Part shown: positions 1-12,102 of the stretch, piece by piece
Layout of the letters: every line of letters starts with the position of its first letter
How positions within the stretch are numbered: position 1 is the stretch's first letter
From: Alphaproteobacteria bacterium
GTDB taxonomy: Bacteria > Pseudomonadota > Alphaproteobacteria > UBA828
Direction: 5' to 3'
DNA length: 64,000 nucleotides
NCBI GenBank assembly: GCA_965214705.1
Contig: OZ243972.1
Span: forward strand, 3,552,001-3,616,000
Notes under the pieces: model-generated
What the model was told of the DNA's origin: nothing
The model's input: only the letters and a program-made list of their open reading frames with translations
Databases searched by the model: none
Made by a program: the position numbers and the translations under genes

Positions 1-1970
1 ATCCCGAGCGCGGCGACACCAACATCGGGCTCGAGCGCACGCTCACCTTCGGGCCGGTGGAGGAGGATTTCGCCGCCGCCGACCTGGTGATCGAGCGCCG
101 CTTCCGCTGGCCGCGCTCGGGAGGCCAGCCGCTGGAGACGGTGGGCGCCGTTGCGAGCTTCGACGATGGCGCGGGCCGCTTCACCATCCAGTGCAATACA
201 TCGATGTACAACTACTGCGGCTGGATGATCGCGAGCACGCTCCGCGTCGCGCCTCACAAGCTCAACATCGTGCCGACGCTTGCGGGCGGCAGCTTCGGCA
301 GCAAGATGTTCGTTCACAAGGTTCCCGTGCTAGCTGCGGTGCTGGCGCGCGCGGTGGGCCGGCCGGTCAAGTTCATGGAAGACCGGATCGACAACACCAC
401 GAGCTGCGATAACCACGCGTCCGACCGGGTCTACTACGCGAAGCTCGCGCTCAAGCGGGACGGCACGCTGCTCAGCCTCAAGACCCGGATCATCGACGAT
501 TACGGCGCCTATCTGCAGTTCGGCGTCGGCCAGCACGGCAACGCGCTTTCGCAATGCGTGGGTCCCTACCGCATCAACAGCGTCGAGGTCGACCTTGCCG
601 CGGTGCTCACCAACAAGTGCCAGCAGGGGGCCTATCGCGGCTTCGGCTCCGAGGTGGCGAACTTCGTCATCGAGCGGCTGGTGGACGCGGCGGCGGACGA
701 GCTCGGAGTCGACCGGATCGCGCTCCGGCGGCAGAACTTCATCCAGCCGGACCAGTTCCCCTACCTGATCCCGACCGGGAACATGTACGACAGCGGCAAC
801 TATCAGGCGGTCCTCGACGAGACCCTGAAGTTGGCCGACGTGGAGGGCTGGCGGGCGAAGCAGGCCGAGGCGCGCAAGGAAGGCCGTTACATCGGCATCG
901 GCGTCGCCACCTGTCAGGAGCGCAGCGTCTTCAGCGCCACCGAGTTCTGGATGTGGAATCTGGAGCCGGGCGTCGAGTGGACCAGCTCGCCCGACGGTGT
1001 CTCGGTCAAGATCGACCCCACCGGCAAGGCCTTTGTCACCCTGCACTCGCCCTTCTGGGGCAACAGCCCCGAGACGGTGGCAGCGCAAGTGCTGGCCGAG
1101 CAGCTCACCATCGACCCGGCTGACATCGAGATCACCTATTCGGACACCGACCAGGGCCTCAATTCGACCGGGCCAGGTGGCAGCCGGTTTACCGTTATGG
1201 TGACCGGCGCCATCGTCGGCGCCGCCGGCAAGATCCGCGAGAAGCTGCTCCGCATCGCCGCCCACCTGATGGAGGCGGACGTGCGCGATCTCACGCTTCA
1301 GGACGGCGCGGTGCAGGTCAAGGGCGTGCCCGATATGAAGATGAGCATCGCCGAGCTCGCCGACAAGGCGCACTACTACCGGCTCAGCATGCCCGAGGAC
1401 CTAGACCTCACCAGCGGGCTCGACGCGACCTACGTCTACGACCACCCGGTGACCACGCTGCCGGACCCCGACGAGCGCCACATGGGCATCTTCTACCCGA
1501 TCATGGGCCACAGCTGTCACATCCCGGTGGTCGAGGTGGATATCGAGACCGGGCAGGTGCACTTCCTCCATTACGCCGCCGTGCACGACTGCGGCACGAT
1601 GGTGAACCCGATGACGCTGGAGGGGCACATCCGCGGCGGCACGGTGAACGGCATCGGGACGGCGCTCTTCGAGGAGTTCAGCTACGACGAGGCCGGCCAG
1701 CTCACCACGGCGCTCTGGACCGACTACCTGATCCCGACGATCAAGGAATCGCCGCCCGACATCGTCGTGGGCCATGTGGAGACGCCGTCCCCCTTCACCG
1801 AGTATGGCGTGAAGGGTGGCGGCGAGGGCGGGCGCATGGGCGGCCCGCCTGCGATCGCGGCGGCCATCGAGGACGCGCTCAAGCCTTTGGGCGTGACCAT
1901 CGACAGCCTGCCGCTGCCGCCGAGCAAGCTCCGCGCCCTCATTCGTGAGGCTCAGGCGACAGCAGCCTGA
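1..1970 (+). CDS. Xanthine dehydrogenase/CoxL-family molybdopterin-binding large subunit (5' truncated by window edge)
   Basis: Frame is open from the window start; motifs GGSFGSK, AYRGFG, HDCGTMVNPMTLEGHIRGG and KGGGEGG are typical of the molybdenum hydroxylase family. Confidence 0.88.
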   Translation, partial: PERGDTNIGLERTLTFGPVEEDFAAADLVIERRFRWPRSGGQPLETVGAVASFDDGAGRFTIQCNTSMYNYCGWMIASTLRVAPHKLNIVPTLAGGSFGSKMFVHKVPVLAAVLARAVGRPVKFMEDRIDNTTSCDNHASDRVYYAKLALKRDGTLLSLKTRIIDDYGAYLQFGVGQHGNALSQCVGPYRINSVEVDLAAVLTNKCQQGAYRGFGSEVANFVIERLVDAAADELGVDRIALRRQNFIQPDQFPYLIPTGNMYDSGNYQAVLDETLKLADVEGWRAKQAEARKEGRYIGIGVATCQERSVFSATEFWMWNLEPGVEWTSSPDGVSVKIDPTGKAFVTLHSPFWGNSPETVAAQVLAEQLTIDPADIEITYSDTDQGLNSTGPGGSRFTVMVTGAIVGAAGKIREKLLRIAAHLMEADVRDLTLQDGAVQVKGVPDMKMSIAELADKAHYYRLSMPEDLDLTSGLDATYVYDHPVTTLPDPDERHMGIFYPIMGHSCHIPVVEVDIETGQVHFLHYAAVHDCGTMVNPMTLEGHIRGGTVNGIGTALFEEFSYDEAGQLTTALWTDYLIPTIKESPPDIVVGHVETPSPFTEYGVKGGGEGGRMGGPPAIAAAIEDALKPLGVTIDSLPLPPSKLRALIREAQATAA

Positions 1971-2863
1971 CCCTGCCCGGCGTCCGGGTCTTCAGACTTG
2001 AAGTGCGCCGCCTCCCAGCCCAGCATGACGCGTTTGCGGGCGGGGCCCCACTCGTAATTCGAGATGCGGCCCGAGCGCCGGATCACCCGGTGGCAGGGGA
2101 TCAGGTAGGAGATCGGGTTGGCGGCGACGGCGCCGCCCACCGCGCGGGCTGAGCGCGGAAGCCCCAATGCCTGGGCCAGCGCTTGGTAAGAGGTGATCCG
2201 GCCAGGCGGAATACGCAGCAGCGCCTCCCACACCTTGAGCTGGAAGTTGGTGCCGCAGAGCGCGAGCCGGAGCGGTTCAGCGGCTGTCGCCCGCCGACCG
2301 TCGAAAATGCGCGCAACGATGGCTTCGGTCGCGGCCCGGTCTTCGCGAAAGCGCGCGGCGGGCCATCGGCGTTCGAACTCCGCGCGAACGGCTTGGGCAT
2401 CGCTCCTGTGGTCGTCGGCGAAGCCGAGAGCGCAGATGCCGCGTTCGGTCTGGGCGACGAAGCAGGGGCCGAAGGGGCTCGGGTGCACGCCGTAAGAAAT
2501 GTCCACGCCGTCGCCTCCCCGCTTGAAGGCGCCGGGACTCATCGCCTCGTAGGTGACGAAGAGATCGTGAAGCCGCGAAGGACCGGATAGGCCCGCGTCA
2601 TAGGCGGCATCGAGGACCGAGGCGGAGGCTTCGAGCTGCGCCTTGGCGTAGTCGAGCGTCAGGAACTGGGCGAAGCGCTTGGGCGAGATGCCCGCCCAGC
2701 GTCGGAACAGGCGCTGGAAGTGATGGGGGCTCAGGCCGGCCTGCTCCGCTACCTCGCCAAGCTCAGGCTGATCGCGGAAGTGCTCCTCCAGGTAGAGGAT
2801 CGCGGCTTCAATGCGGGCGTAGTCGCGCGCGTTCTGTGCAATGTCCGTGGGTGCGGTTGTCAT
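1952..2863 (-). CDS. ada: Bifunctional AraC-HTH / methylated-DNA-protein-cysteine methyltransferase (Ada-like, no N-terminal Zn domain)
   Basis: AraC HTH (GLSPHHFQRLFRRWAGISP), GTNFQLKVW and active site IPCHRV; ATG at 2863 is preceded by AGGAG. Confidence 0.88.
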   Translation of the reverse strand: MTTAPTDIAQNARDYARIEAAILYLEEHFRDQPELGEVAEQAGLSPHHFQRLFRRWAGISPKRFAQFLTLDYAKAQLEASASVLDAAYDAGLSGPSRLHDLFVTYEAMSPGAFKRGGDGVDISYGVHPSPFGPCFVAQTERGICALGFADDHRSDAQAVRAEFERRWPAARFREDRAATEAIVARIFDGRRATAAEPLRLALCGTNFQLKVWEALLRIPPGRITSYQALAQALGLPRSARAVGGAVAANPISYLIPCHRVIRRSGRISNYEWGPARKRVMLGWEAAHFKSEDPDAGQGQAAVA

Positions 2864-2920
2864 GGCGGCCCTCCTGAGCCGCCAATCTAGGAAGCGCGAA
2901 CGCGCCCGGCCACCCGATAG

Positions 2921-2958
2921 TTGCGTTGGGATCACATCCAAATTAATGTAGTAACATA
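2921..2958 (+). promoter_or_regulatory. Putative promoter/operator of brnTA
   Basis: TTGCGT-N17-TAATGT overlapping an ATGT-AGTA-ACAT inverted repeat in an AT-rich patch just before the toxin ATG. Confidence 0.4.
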
Positions 2959-2962
2959 AATC

Positions 2963-3241
2963 ATGTTAGTAGAGTTCGATTCGGCGAAGCGCGCCGCCAC
3001 TCTCCAGAGCAGGGGACTGGACATGGCACGCGCCGGAGAGGTGCTGGCGGGAGCCACGCTGACCGCACAGGACGACCGACGAGACTACGGCGAGGATCGC
3101 TTCATCACGATCGGATTCCTCGACGACGCAATGGTGGTCCTGGTCTGGACGCCGCGCTATGGCGCGCATCGCATCATTAGCATGAGGAAAGCCAATGAAA
3201 GAGAACGAGCACTCTACGGTCCGCGATTCCGATCCCGATGA
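2963..3241 (+). CDS. brnT: BrnT family type II toxin (DUF497)
   Basis: EFDSAKR...RGLD...DYGEDRFITIG...RIISMRKANERER pattern. Confidence 0.88.
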   Translation: MLVEFDSAKRAATLQSRGLDMARAGEVLAGATLTAQDDRRDYGEDRFITIGFLDDAMVVLVWTPRYGAHRIISMRKANERERALYGPRFRSR

Positions 3242-3452
3242 CGCGCCGGACCTTACGGGGGACGGCTGGCCCGAGAAGTTCGCCAAAGCGAAAGTTCGCC
3301 GGGGCCGGCCGCCGGTCGCCAAACCGAAGGTGTCAACAACGATCCGCCTCTCGCCGGAGGTGATCGATTACTTCAAGGCCGGTGGTCGAGGTTGGCAGAC
3401 ACGAATCGACGAGGCGCTTCGCGATTGGATCGGGAAGCAGGGGGCCGCGTGA
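3195..3452 (+). CDS. brnA: BrnA antitoxin (DUF4415)
   Basis: RGRPP...KVSTTIRLSPEVIDYFKAGGRGWQTRIDEALR; overlaps the toxin gene. Confidence 0.88.
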   Translation: MKENEHSTVRDSDPDDAPDLTGDGWPEKFAKAKVRRGRPPVAKPKVSTTIRLSPEVIDYFKAGGRGWQTRIDEALRDWIGKQGAA

Positions 3453-3471
3453 TCGTCACAACTCGCAGCGT

Positions 3472-4272
3472 CTATGTCGTGGGCGTCAGGGTTACCCCGT
3501 GATTGACTGGACCGTGGCCCGCGCCCAGACCCGGCGCGGCTTCGATCGCCGCTCTGAGATAGCGGCGCGCCCGCGCAACGGCATCAACGAGGCCCATGCC
3601 CTGTGCGATTCCTGTGGCGATAGCCGAGGCCAGGGTACAGCCGGTGCCGTGGGTGTGGCGGCTCTCGATTCTTTGCCCGTGGAAGCGTTCGAGCTCGCCG
3701 GCGTGGCTTAGCAGATCGGTGATCTCGTCCGCCTTGAGGTGACCGCCCTTCACCAGAACCGCCCTGGGTCCGAGTTCATGAATGCGTTCGGCCGCACGGC
3801 CCATGTCGTCCACTGTGGCGATGGCCAGACCGGTTAGTCGCTCCGCCTCCGGGATGTTGGGCGTCACAAGGTCGGCTTGGCCGATGAGCGTGGTTTCGAG
3901 CGCGCGCATGGCGGAGTCTTCCAGCAGTGAGGCGCCGCCCTTGGCGACAAGCACGGGATCGACCACCAGGGGAATGCCCTCACCGTAACGCGCCGCGGCA
4001 TCTGCGACCGCCTCGATGATGGGCGCACTGTGAATCATCCCGGTCTTGATGCAGTCGGCGCCGATGTCGGCCAATACGACGCGCATCTGCTCGGCGACGA
4101 AATCGGCCGGCACGGCGTGGACGGCGTGGACCGTGCGCGTGTCCTGGGCAGTCAGCGCAGTGATCGCTGTCGCTGCGTAGCCGCCGAGCGCGGTCACGGT
4201 CTTGATGTCGGCCTGGATGCCGGCGCCGCCGCCCGAGTCGGAGCCGGCGACGATCAGCACACGACCCTTCAT
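3472..4272 (-). CDS. thiD: Hydroxymethylpyrimidine/phosphomethylpyrimidine kinase
   Basis: [37 protein letters not shown]. Confidence 0.95.
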   Translation of the reverse strand: MKGRVLIVAGSDSGGGAGIQADIKTVTALGGYAATAITALTAQDTRTVHAVHAVPADFVAEQMRVVLADIGADCIKTGMIHSAPIIEAVADAAARYGEGIPLVVDPVLVAKGGASLLEDSAMRALETTLIGQADLVTPNIPEAERLTGLAIATVDDMGRAAERIHELGPRAVLVKGGHLKADEITDLLSHAGELERFHGQRIESRHTHGTGCTLASAIATGIAQGMGLVDAVARARRYLRAAIEAAPGLGAGHGPVNHGVTLTPTT

Positions 4273-5669
4273 TGCGCCGCGGCGCCCGTGCGCTCCCCCG
4301 CGTGTTCCGCCTCGGCCGCTGCGACCACGGCTTCGGCGACATCGTCGACCACTTCAGCGACCAGCGCTTCATCGTCCCCTTCGGCCATCACGCGGATGAC
4401 CGGCTCCGTGCCGGAGGCGCGAATCACCAGGCGGCCGTGCTCGCCGAGCCGCGACTGGCCATCCGCGATCGCCGCTTTGGCACCCGCGCTCTCAAGCGCG
4501 CCGGTGTCGGCGACGCGGACGTTTCGGAGCAGCTGAGGGACGGGCTCGAAGAGACCGGTCACGTCACTGGCTCGACGCCCCGTCGCCGCGAGCGCCGCCA
4601 AGGTTTGGAGGGCGGCCAGCAGGCCGTCGCCGGTGGTCGCATGATCGCGCATGACGATATGGCCCGACTGCTCGCCGCCCAGATTGAACCCGTGCTCCCG
4701 CATGTGCTCCACGACGTAGCGGTCGCCGACGCGGGTGCGCTCCAGGGTGAGCCCGATGCCTGCGAGGTAGCGCTCCAGCCCCAGATTGGACATGACGGTC
4801 GCGACCACGCCGCCGCCTCTCAGCCGTCCAGCCGAGGCCCAACTCGACGCGATCAGCGCCAGGATGTAGTCGCCATCGATCACCGCGCCGGTCTCGTCGC
4901 AAATCACGACCCGGTCGGCGTCGCCGTCCAGCGCGATCCCGATATCAGCGCCGCGTTCCAAGACTGTGCGGGCGAGCGCGGCTGTGTCGGTCGAGCCGAA
5001 GCCCTGGTTGATGTTGAAGCCATCGGGCTCGGCGCCGATGGTGACGACTTCGGCGCCAAGTTCCCAAAGAACGGTCGGGGCCACCTTGTAGGCGGCGCCG
5101 TGGGCACAGTCGATCACGATGCGCCTGCCTTCAAGACCCAGCGGCTGTGGGAAGCTGTTCTTGACGAACTCGATGTAGCGGCCCTCTGCGTCGTCGAGGC
5201 GGCGTGCCCGCCCCAACGCCGGCGGCGGCGCCAGTCCGCGCGCGCCGGAATCGACTGATGCCTCGATGCGTGCCTCCATCTCGTCGGAAAGCTTGTAGCC
5301 ATCCGGCCCGAACAGCTTGATGCCGTTGTCGGCGAAGAGGTTGTGAGAGGCGGAGATCATCACGCCAAGATCGGCCCGGAGCGCGCGGGTCAGCATCGCC
5401 ACCGCCGGCGTCGGCATGGGGCCCACCAGGATCACGTCCATGCCCACCGAGATGAAGCCCGCCGTCAGCGCCGGCTCGAACAGGTAGCCCGAGAGCCGCG
5501 TGTCCTTGCCGATGACGACGCGGTGCCGGTGATCGCCGCGCACGAAGAGGCTTCCGGCGGCGGCGCCGACTTTCATCGCTGTCTCGCCGGTCATCGGCTC
5601 CTGGTTCGCGATGCCGCGAATGCCGTCGGTCCCAAAGAGCGAGCGTGGCGCTCCACCGGCGCGGCTCAC
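4269..5669 (-). CDS. glmM: Phosphoglucosamine mutase
   Basis: [27 protein letters not shown]; ftsH-folP-glmM synteny. Confidence 0.96.
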   Translation of the reverse strand: MSRAGGAPRSLFGTDGIRGIANQEPMTGETAMKVGAAAGSLFVRGDHRHRVVIGKDTRLSGYLFEPALTAGFISVGMDVILVGPMPTPAVAMLTRALRADLGVMISASHNLFADNGIKLFGPDGYKLSDEMEARIEASVDSGARGLAPPPALGRARRLDDAEGRYIEFVKNSFPQPLGLEGRRIVIDCAHGAAYKVAPTVLWELGAEVVTIGAEPDGFNINQGFGSTDTAALARTVLERGADIGIALDGDADRVVICDETGAVIDGDYILALIASSWASAGRLRGGGVVATVMSNLGLERYLAGIGLTLERTRVGDRYVVEHMREHGFNLGGEQSGHIVMRDHATTGDGLLAALQTLAALAATGRRASDVTGLFEPVPQLLRNVRVADTGALESAGAKAAIADGQSRLGEHGRLVIRASGTEPVIRVMAEGDDEALVAEVVDDVAEAVVAAAEAEHAGERTGAAAQ

Positions 5670-6784
5670 CGGAGTATCTCCTGTACTGCTGCCTCAGGGT
5701 CGCGAATGCCCCGCCACATCGCGAGCGCTTGGCGGGTTTCGGCGACGTCATGCACGCGCAGGATGTGGGCGCCCTCGTCGAGCGCGTGCAGCCCTGCCGC
5801 GAGCGAGCCCGGCAGCCGTTCCTTGGGCGCTTCGCCTGCGCTGAGGCGCCCGATGAAGCTCTTGCGTGATGCGCCGACGAGCAGCGGACAGCCGAGGCCG
5901 TGGAACAGCGCGATATCACGCAGGACTTCGAGATTGTGGCGGGCCGTCTTGCCGAAGCCGATGCCGGGATCGACGATGATCCGCGCGCGGGGGATGCCGG
6001 AGGCTTCCGCTGCGCTCATGTGGGCGGCCAGCGCATCGAACACGTCGAGGCTCGCGTCCTCGTAGCGGGGCTCGCGCTGCATGGTCTCCGGCGTGCCCTG
6101 CATGTGGCTGAGCACGACCCAGGCGCCCCGCCGGGCGACGACCGCGCGGGCCTGCGGGTCGTGGCTGAGCGCGCTGATGTCGTTCACCATCCGCGCGCCG
6201 GCGGCGAGCGCGGCGTCCATCACCTCTGCGCGGCGGGTATCGACCGAGACCAACAACCCGTCGCTGGCGAGGGCACGAATCACCGGGATCACCCGGCGAA
6301 GCTCCTCCGCCTCGCTCGGTGCCTGCGAGCCGGGCCGGGTCGACTCGCCGCCGACGTCGATGATGTCGGCGCCGCCTGCGGCCATGGCGCGGCCGTGCGC
6401 GATGGCGTCGTCTTCGGCGGCGAAGTCGCCGCCGTCGGAGAAGCTGTCAGGGGTCACGTTGAGAACGCCCATGAGACGCGGCCGGTCGAGCGCGAGTCCG
6501 CAGACCGGACTACGAGGCGCGCTCAGGCGGACGCTGAGTGCAGTGATCTCGTCGGCCGCGCCCGGCGCGTTCTTCTCGGCCCAGCGCGAGAGTGCGGCTT
6601 GCTGCAGCCTGATCCGACGACGCGCGGGTGTGGCCCGAAAGAGCACGTCCACCAGGTCGAAGGTGAGCGCCTCACCGGGGACTGGGTTACAAGGCCGCAA
6701 GTAGACGCCGCCGACGCGCGGCTCCGGCAACGCGCCTTCGGCGTCTTCTCGTTCAGATTGTCTCAGAGATACCGCCGCCGGCAT
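5666..6784 (-). CDS. folP: Dihydropteroate synthase with N-terminal extension
   Basis: [43 protein letters not shown]. Confidence 0.95.
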   Translation of the reverse strand: MPAAVSLRQSEREDAEGALPEPRVGGVYLRPCNPVPGEALTFDLVDVLFRATPARRRIRLQQAALSRWAEKNAPGAADEITALSVRLSAPRSPVCGLALDRPRLMGVLNVTPDSFSDGGDFAAEDDAIAHGRAMAAGGADIIDVGGESTRPGSQAPSEAEELRRVIPVIRALASDGLLVSVDTRRAEVMDAALAAGARMVNDISALSHDPQARAVVARRGAWVVLSHMQGTPETMQREPRYEDASLDVFDALAAHMSAAEASGIPRARIIVDPGIGFGKTARHNLEVLRDIALFHGLGCPLLVGASRKSFIGRLSAGEAPKERLPGSLAAGLHALDEGAHILRVHDVAETRQALAMWRGIRDPEAAVQEILR

Positions 6785-6800
6785 GACGGCTCAGGTGCCG

Positions 6801-8729
<1,929 letters not shown>

Positions 8730-8873
8730 CGTTCGGCCTCCGATTGTCCTCGCGTTCGTCTACGGCCGACGCCGTCAGCGGCGAAGCAACCCACGCGCAA
8801 TCCGCACGCGCAGCCGCTGCAGTGTACACGACATTCGCCGCGCGGACGATCAATAGTCTCTTCAACGGTTTCG

Positions 8874-10316
8874 TCAACTGTCTTCATCCTGCAACGGCAA
8901 CACGCGGAGCGTCGCCGGGAGGCCCGGTGCCAAGGGACGCGTTGGCCGAAACGACACTGAAAACTCTGCGGCCCCGGCCTCGTGTTGGGGCGATGCGCGT
9001 CTGAATCCCAAGTGGGGAGCGGCGAGCGGACCGTCAAGGTCGAACAGCGCGGGCAGTGAAGGCCGCGCCGGTGCCGGGATGCAATCGGTCATGAGCGGTA
9101 CACCTGCCTTGCGGGCCATTGCGCGGGCCTGAGCCAAGCCGTCGGTGCCGAGTCGGCGGACGACGTAGGGCCTTGCGGAGGCAGAGGGTCCCAGGGAGAC
9201 GACGAATCGGCGGTCCCACAGTGTGCTCTCGCCCGGCGCGAGCGGGTGGACTTCCGAGGCAGCAGACGGTTCTCGGCATACGACGACTCGCCCATCTCGC
9301 TGCGGCACGACACGACATCCGCCGAGCGTCGCCGCCTTGGTGCCGTCGTCGAGCAGTCGGTGGGCGAGCCGCTCCAGTCTTTCTTGCCGTGGCGGATAGG
9401 CGTTGCCGGAGACCGTAGTGACGACGCAGCCCAACGCACGCACCGCCAGAGCGTGCGGCGCCCGCCGCAAGACGCTCAGGTCCAGGATCACGAAGCCCGC
9501 AGGCGAGGGGCGCGTGCAGGCGGCAAGCAGGTCGGTGCAGAGCCGGTCCAGCGCGGCACGGTCCTCTGCAGCGCGTGCAGCGGCCTTGGCCAACCGCGAA
9601 ACGCTCAGCCCTTCGGGCCGGAGGCGTGCCAATGCCGCTGCCAGGCGTGGGCGGACATGGCGGGTATCGCGGTTAGTCGGATCGTCAATCCAGGGCTGAT
9701 TCCAACGAGCCAAGGTCGCGATCAGCGCGGCGCGTGACACGGGAAGCAGGGGGCGGAGCAAACGGACGCCGCCGCCCGCCGGCTCTATCGCCAGGCGAAC
9801 CGGCGTCATGGCGGCCAGCCCGTCGATGCCGCTACCACGGGTGAGCCTTTGCAGCGCGGTTTCCGCCTGATCCTCTCGCTGATGGCCGAGAAGCAGATGG
9901 AGCACGCCGGCGCGCCGGCACCAGCCGGTGAGCAGTGCGAGGCGCGCGGCCCGTGCCAGTTCTTGAAGCCCTGTGACCGGGCGGGCGCCGGGCCAGTGCA
10001 GGGTTCGGTGAGTTATTCCGCCGGCCGCGAGCCAGCGCCCCACCTGCGCGGCTTCGGCGCCCGATTCGGGACGCAAGCGGTGGTCGACGGTGAGCCCACA
10101 TACCGTGCCGCTCCGCGACCGTGCCCAGCGATCGGCCAGCAAGCAGAGAGCGAGGCTATCCGGACCACCCGAAACCGCGACGGCGATCCGAGGCGACGGC
10201 TCGAAGGGGCCCAGCGGCGCCATGAGCGTCTCGAAGGCCGCCGCATCGATGGCTGCGGCGCCGGGCTCCACGCTTTCGGGTCTAACGATGCGGGGCGCGG
10301 CCACGGGCGGAGACAC
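8874..10316 (-). CDS. tilS: tRNA(Ile)-lysidine synthetase (start approximate)
   Basis: PP-loop AVSGGPDS, VDHRLR, HQREDQAET, RPLL, DPTN; upstream of ftsH; GTG at 10316 chosen to avoid overlap with cpoB. Confidence 0.92.
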   Translation of the reverse strand: MSPPVAAPRIVRPESVEPGAAAIDAAAFETLMAPLGPFEPSPRIAVAVSGGPDSLALCLLADRWARSRSGTVCGLTVDHRLRPESGAEAAQVGRWLAAGGITHRTLHWPGARPVTGLQELARAARLALLTGWCRRAGVLHLLLGHQREDQAETALQRLTRGSGIDGLAAMTPVRLAIEPAGGGVRLLRPLLPVSRAALIATLARWNQPWIDDPTNRDTRHVRPRLAAALARLRPEGLSVSRLAKAAARAAEDRAALDRLCTDLLAACTRPSPAGFVILDLSVLRRAPHALAVRALGCVVTTVSGNAYPPRQERLERLAHRLLDDGTKAATLGGCRVVPQRDGRVVVCREPSAASEVHPLAPGESTLWDRRFVVSLGPSASARPYVVRRLGTDGLAQARAMARKAGVPLMTDCIPAPARPSLPALFDLDGPLAAPHLGFRRASPQHEAGAAEFSVSFRPTRPLAPGLPATLRVLPLQDEDS

Positions 10317-10327
10317 CCCGGCCCTAG

Positions 10328-11344
10328 TCAGGGGCAGTTCGCCTGGCGCCGCCCCTGCTGTGCCGCCCGGCGGATATTGAGCGGCGGGTCGGAAAACGCC
10401 TGGTCGAGCTGCTCGAAGGCCCGGCACGCCTCCTCGCTGCGGCCGAGCTTGAGCAGTGCGATACCGAGCTTGACCATGTTGTCCGGTGCTTTGCGGCCCT
10501 CCGGGTACTGGCGAAGGTTGAGCGCGTAGGATTTCGCCGCCTCCGGATACATCTGCCTGGCGTACAGGCTCTCGGCACGCCAATAGGCCGCGTTCTGCGC
10601 GAGGGCATCCGTGGGGTTCGCGTCGATGAAGCGCGAGAACGCCTCGTGTGCCTCTTTGTAGCGCGCCTCCTCTAACAGGCCGAACGCCGCCTGGTACTGC
10701 TCTTCCGGTGTTCCGGTGAGCGACAGCGCGTCATCGCCAGACTGTTCCGCGGGCACCGTGCCAAGAGTGCGAGGCGCCGCGGACGGCTCATAGCCCGCAT
10801 CCTGCCCTGGCGTGATGCTGGCCTGGGCTTGGCCCGTAGGCGCTGCAGCGGGCGCCTCGGTGCCGGACGACGCGACCGAAGCTGCCGGCACTCCGCCTTG
10901 CTGCTGTTCGAGGGCGGACAGTCTGAAGTCCACGTCCGCGACCAGCCGCGCGATGCGTCCATCGAGTCTGCGAAGCACATTATCGAACTCCTCGAAGCGG
11001 CCGGTGACGCGGCGCCGCCATTCTCGGGCCTCGTCGATGTCGCTCTCAAGCTCCGCGAGACGTCGGCTGTTTCGCGCCGCCTGTCCGCTCTCCGCCTCCG
11101 CCTCCGCAGCCGCGCCGCGTTGAGCGTCGCCAGCATGAACCACCCGTTCGAGTTCGGCGAGTTGAACGCGCAGGCTCTGAATCTGGTTCCTCAGCTCTCG
11201 GACCTGGGGCCTGAGGTCGATGCCCGACTGAGCTTCGACGGGCGCCGTCGCCAGCAGCACCGATACCGCTGCAATCGCCGCTAGCAGCGCCGCCGCTCCC
11301 ACCGCCGTTAGTCGCCGTCGGCGGCGGCCTGCGACGCCGCCCAT
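10328..11344 (-). CDS. cpoB: Tol-Pal system protein YbgF/CpoB
   Basis: Signal peptide, coiled coil, C-terminal TPR (AAYWRAESLY...KAPDNMVKLG); directly after pal. Confidence 0.88.
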   Translation of the reverse strand: MGGVAGRRRRRLTAVGAAALLAAIAAVSVLLATAPVEAQSGIDLRPQVRELRNQIQSLRVQLAELERVVHAGDAQRGAAAEAEAESGQAARNSRRLAELESDIDEAREWRRRVTGRFEEFDNVLRRLDGRIARLVADVDFRLSALEQQQGGVPAASVASSGTEAPAAAPTGQAQASITPGQDAGYEPSAAPRTLGTVPAEQSGDDALSLTGTPEEQYQAAFGLLEEARYKEAHEAFSRFIDANPTDALAQNAAYWRAESLYARQMYPEAAKSYALNLRQYPEGRKAPDNMVKLGIALLKLGRSEEACRAFEQLDQAFSDPPLNIRRAAQQGRRQANCP

Positions 11345-11366
11345 CGCTCTTCCGGCCCCCGATTTT

Positions 11367-11918
11367 CTAGTCGATGACAGAGACGGAGCGCCGATTGAGC
11401 GCCCAGGCCTCTTCATTGTGACCGAGCGCGTAGGGCCGCTCCTTGCCGTACGAGACCGTTCTGAGCCGCGACGGCGCGATGCCCTGATCGATCAAGTACT
11501 CACGAACTGCGTTGGCGCGACGCTCGCCAAGGGCGAGGTTGTATTCTCGGGTGCCGCGTTCGTCGGCATGGCCCTCGATCACCAACGAGACCTCGGGGAA
11601 CAGCCTGAGCCACTCGGACTGACGATCCAGCGTGCGCCGCGCATCTGCGCCGAGAACCGCGCTATCGAAATCGAAGAACACGCGGTCGCCGACGTTCTGA
11701 ACGAACTCCTCCTGCGATCCGGGAAGCGGCTGGCTCGGGTCAAGGGCGGCCACCGTCGTCTCTTCCTCGATCATGATGTCGCTGGAAGAGGTGTCCGTGC
11801 CCGAATCCAGCGCTTGGTCGGCCCCGGTACCGGTGGTCGAAGCGGTCTCCTCTGGCGTGCTCTCGCATGCCGCCACGCCGAGCGCCAACAGAAGCGGCAA
11901 GATCAGTCTCAGTCGCAT
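11367..11918 (-). CDS. pal: Peptidoglycan-associated lipoprotein
   Basis: Lipobox VAAC; OmpA domain VFFDFDS, EGHADERGTREYNLALGERRA. Confidence 0.95.
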   Translation of the reverse strand: MRLRLILPLLLALGVAACESTPEETASTTGTGADQALDSGTDTSSSDIMIEEETTVAALDPSQPLPGSQEEFVQNVGDRVFFDFDSAVLGADARRTLDRQSEWLRLFPEVSLVIEGHADERGTREYNLALGERRANAVREYLIDQGIAPSRLRTVSYGKERPYALGHNEEAWALNRRSVSVID

Positions 11919-12102
11919 TCGCACGCTCTCCTTCATCATTCGGTAGCGGCGGGACCGTCGCTATCCCGTCCACACCTATCTGGAATCCTACCGATCCTCA
12001 AACGCCAATGCCCGGCGCAACGCATGATTGCGTGCCGTGGGGCTGAGCCGCTGCCGAAGCGGCTGTCTCGTCGGGTGGCAGGGCGACTATATCTTTGGGT
12101 CA

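Noticed and set aside
1-1970. Aerobic CO dehydrogenase (form I CoxL)
   Set aside because: Lacks the AYRCSFR Cu-binding loop
5666-6784. N-terminal extension of FolP as a novel domain
   Set aside because: Similar extensions are common in alphaproteobacterial FolP and nothing distinctive is visible
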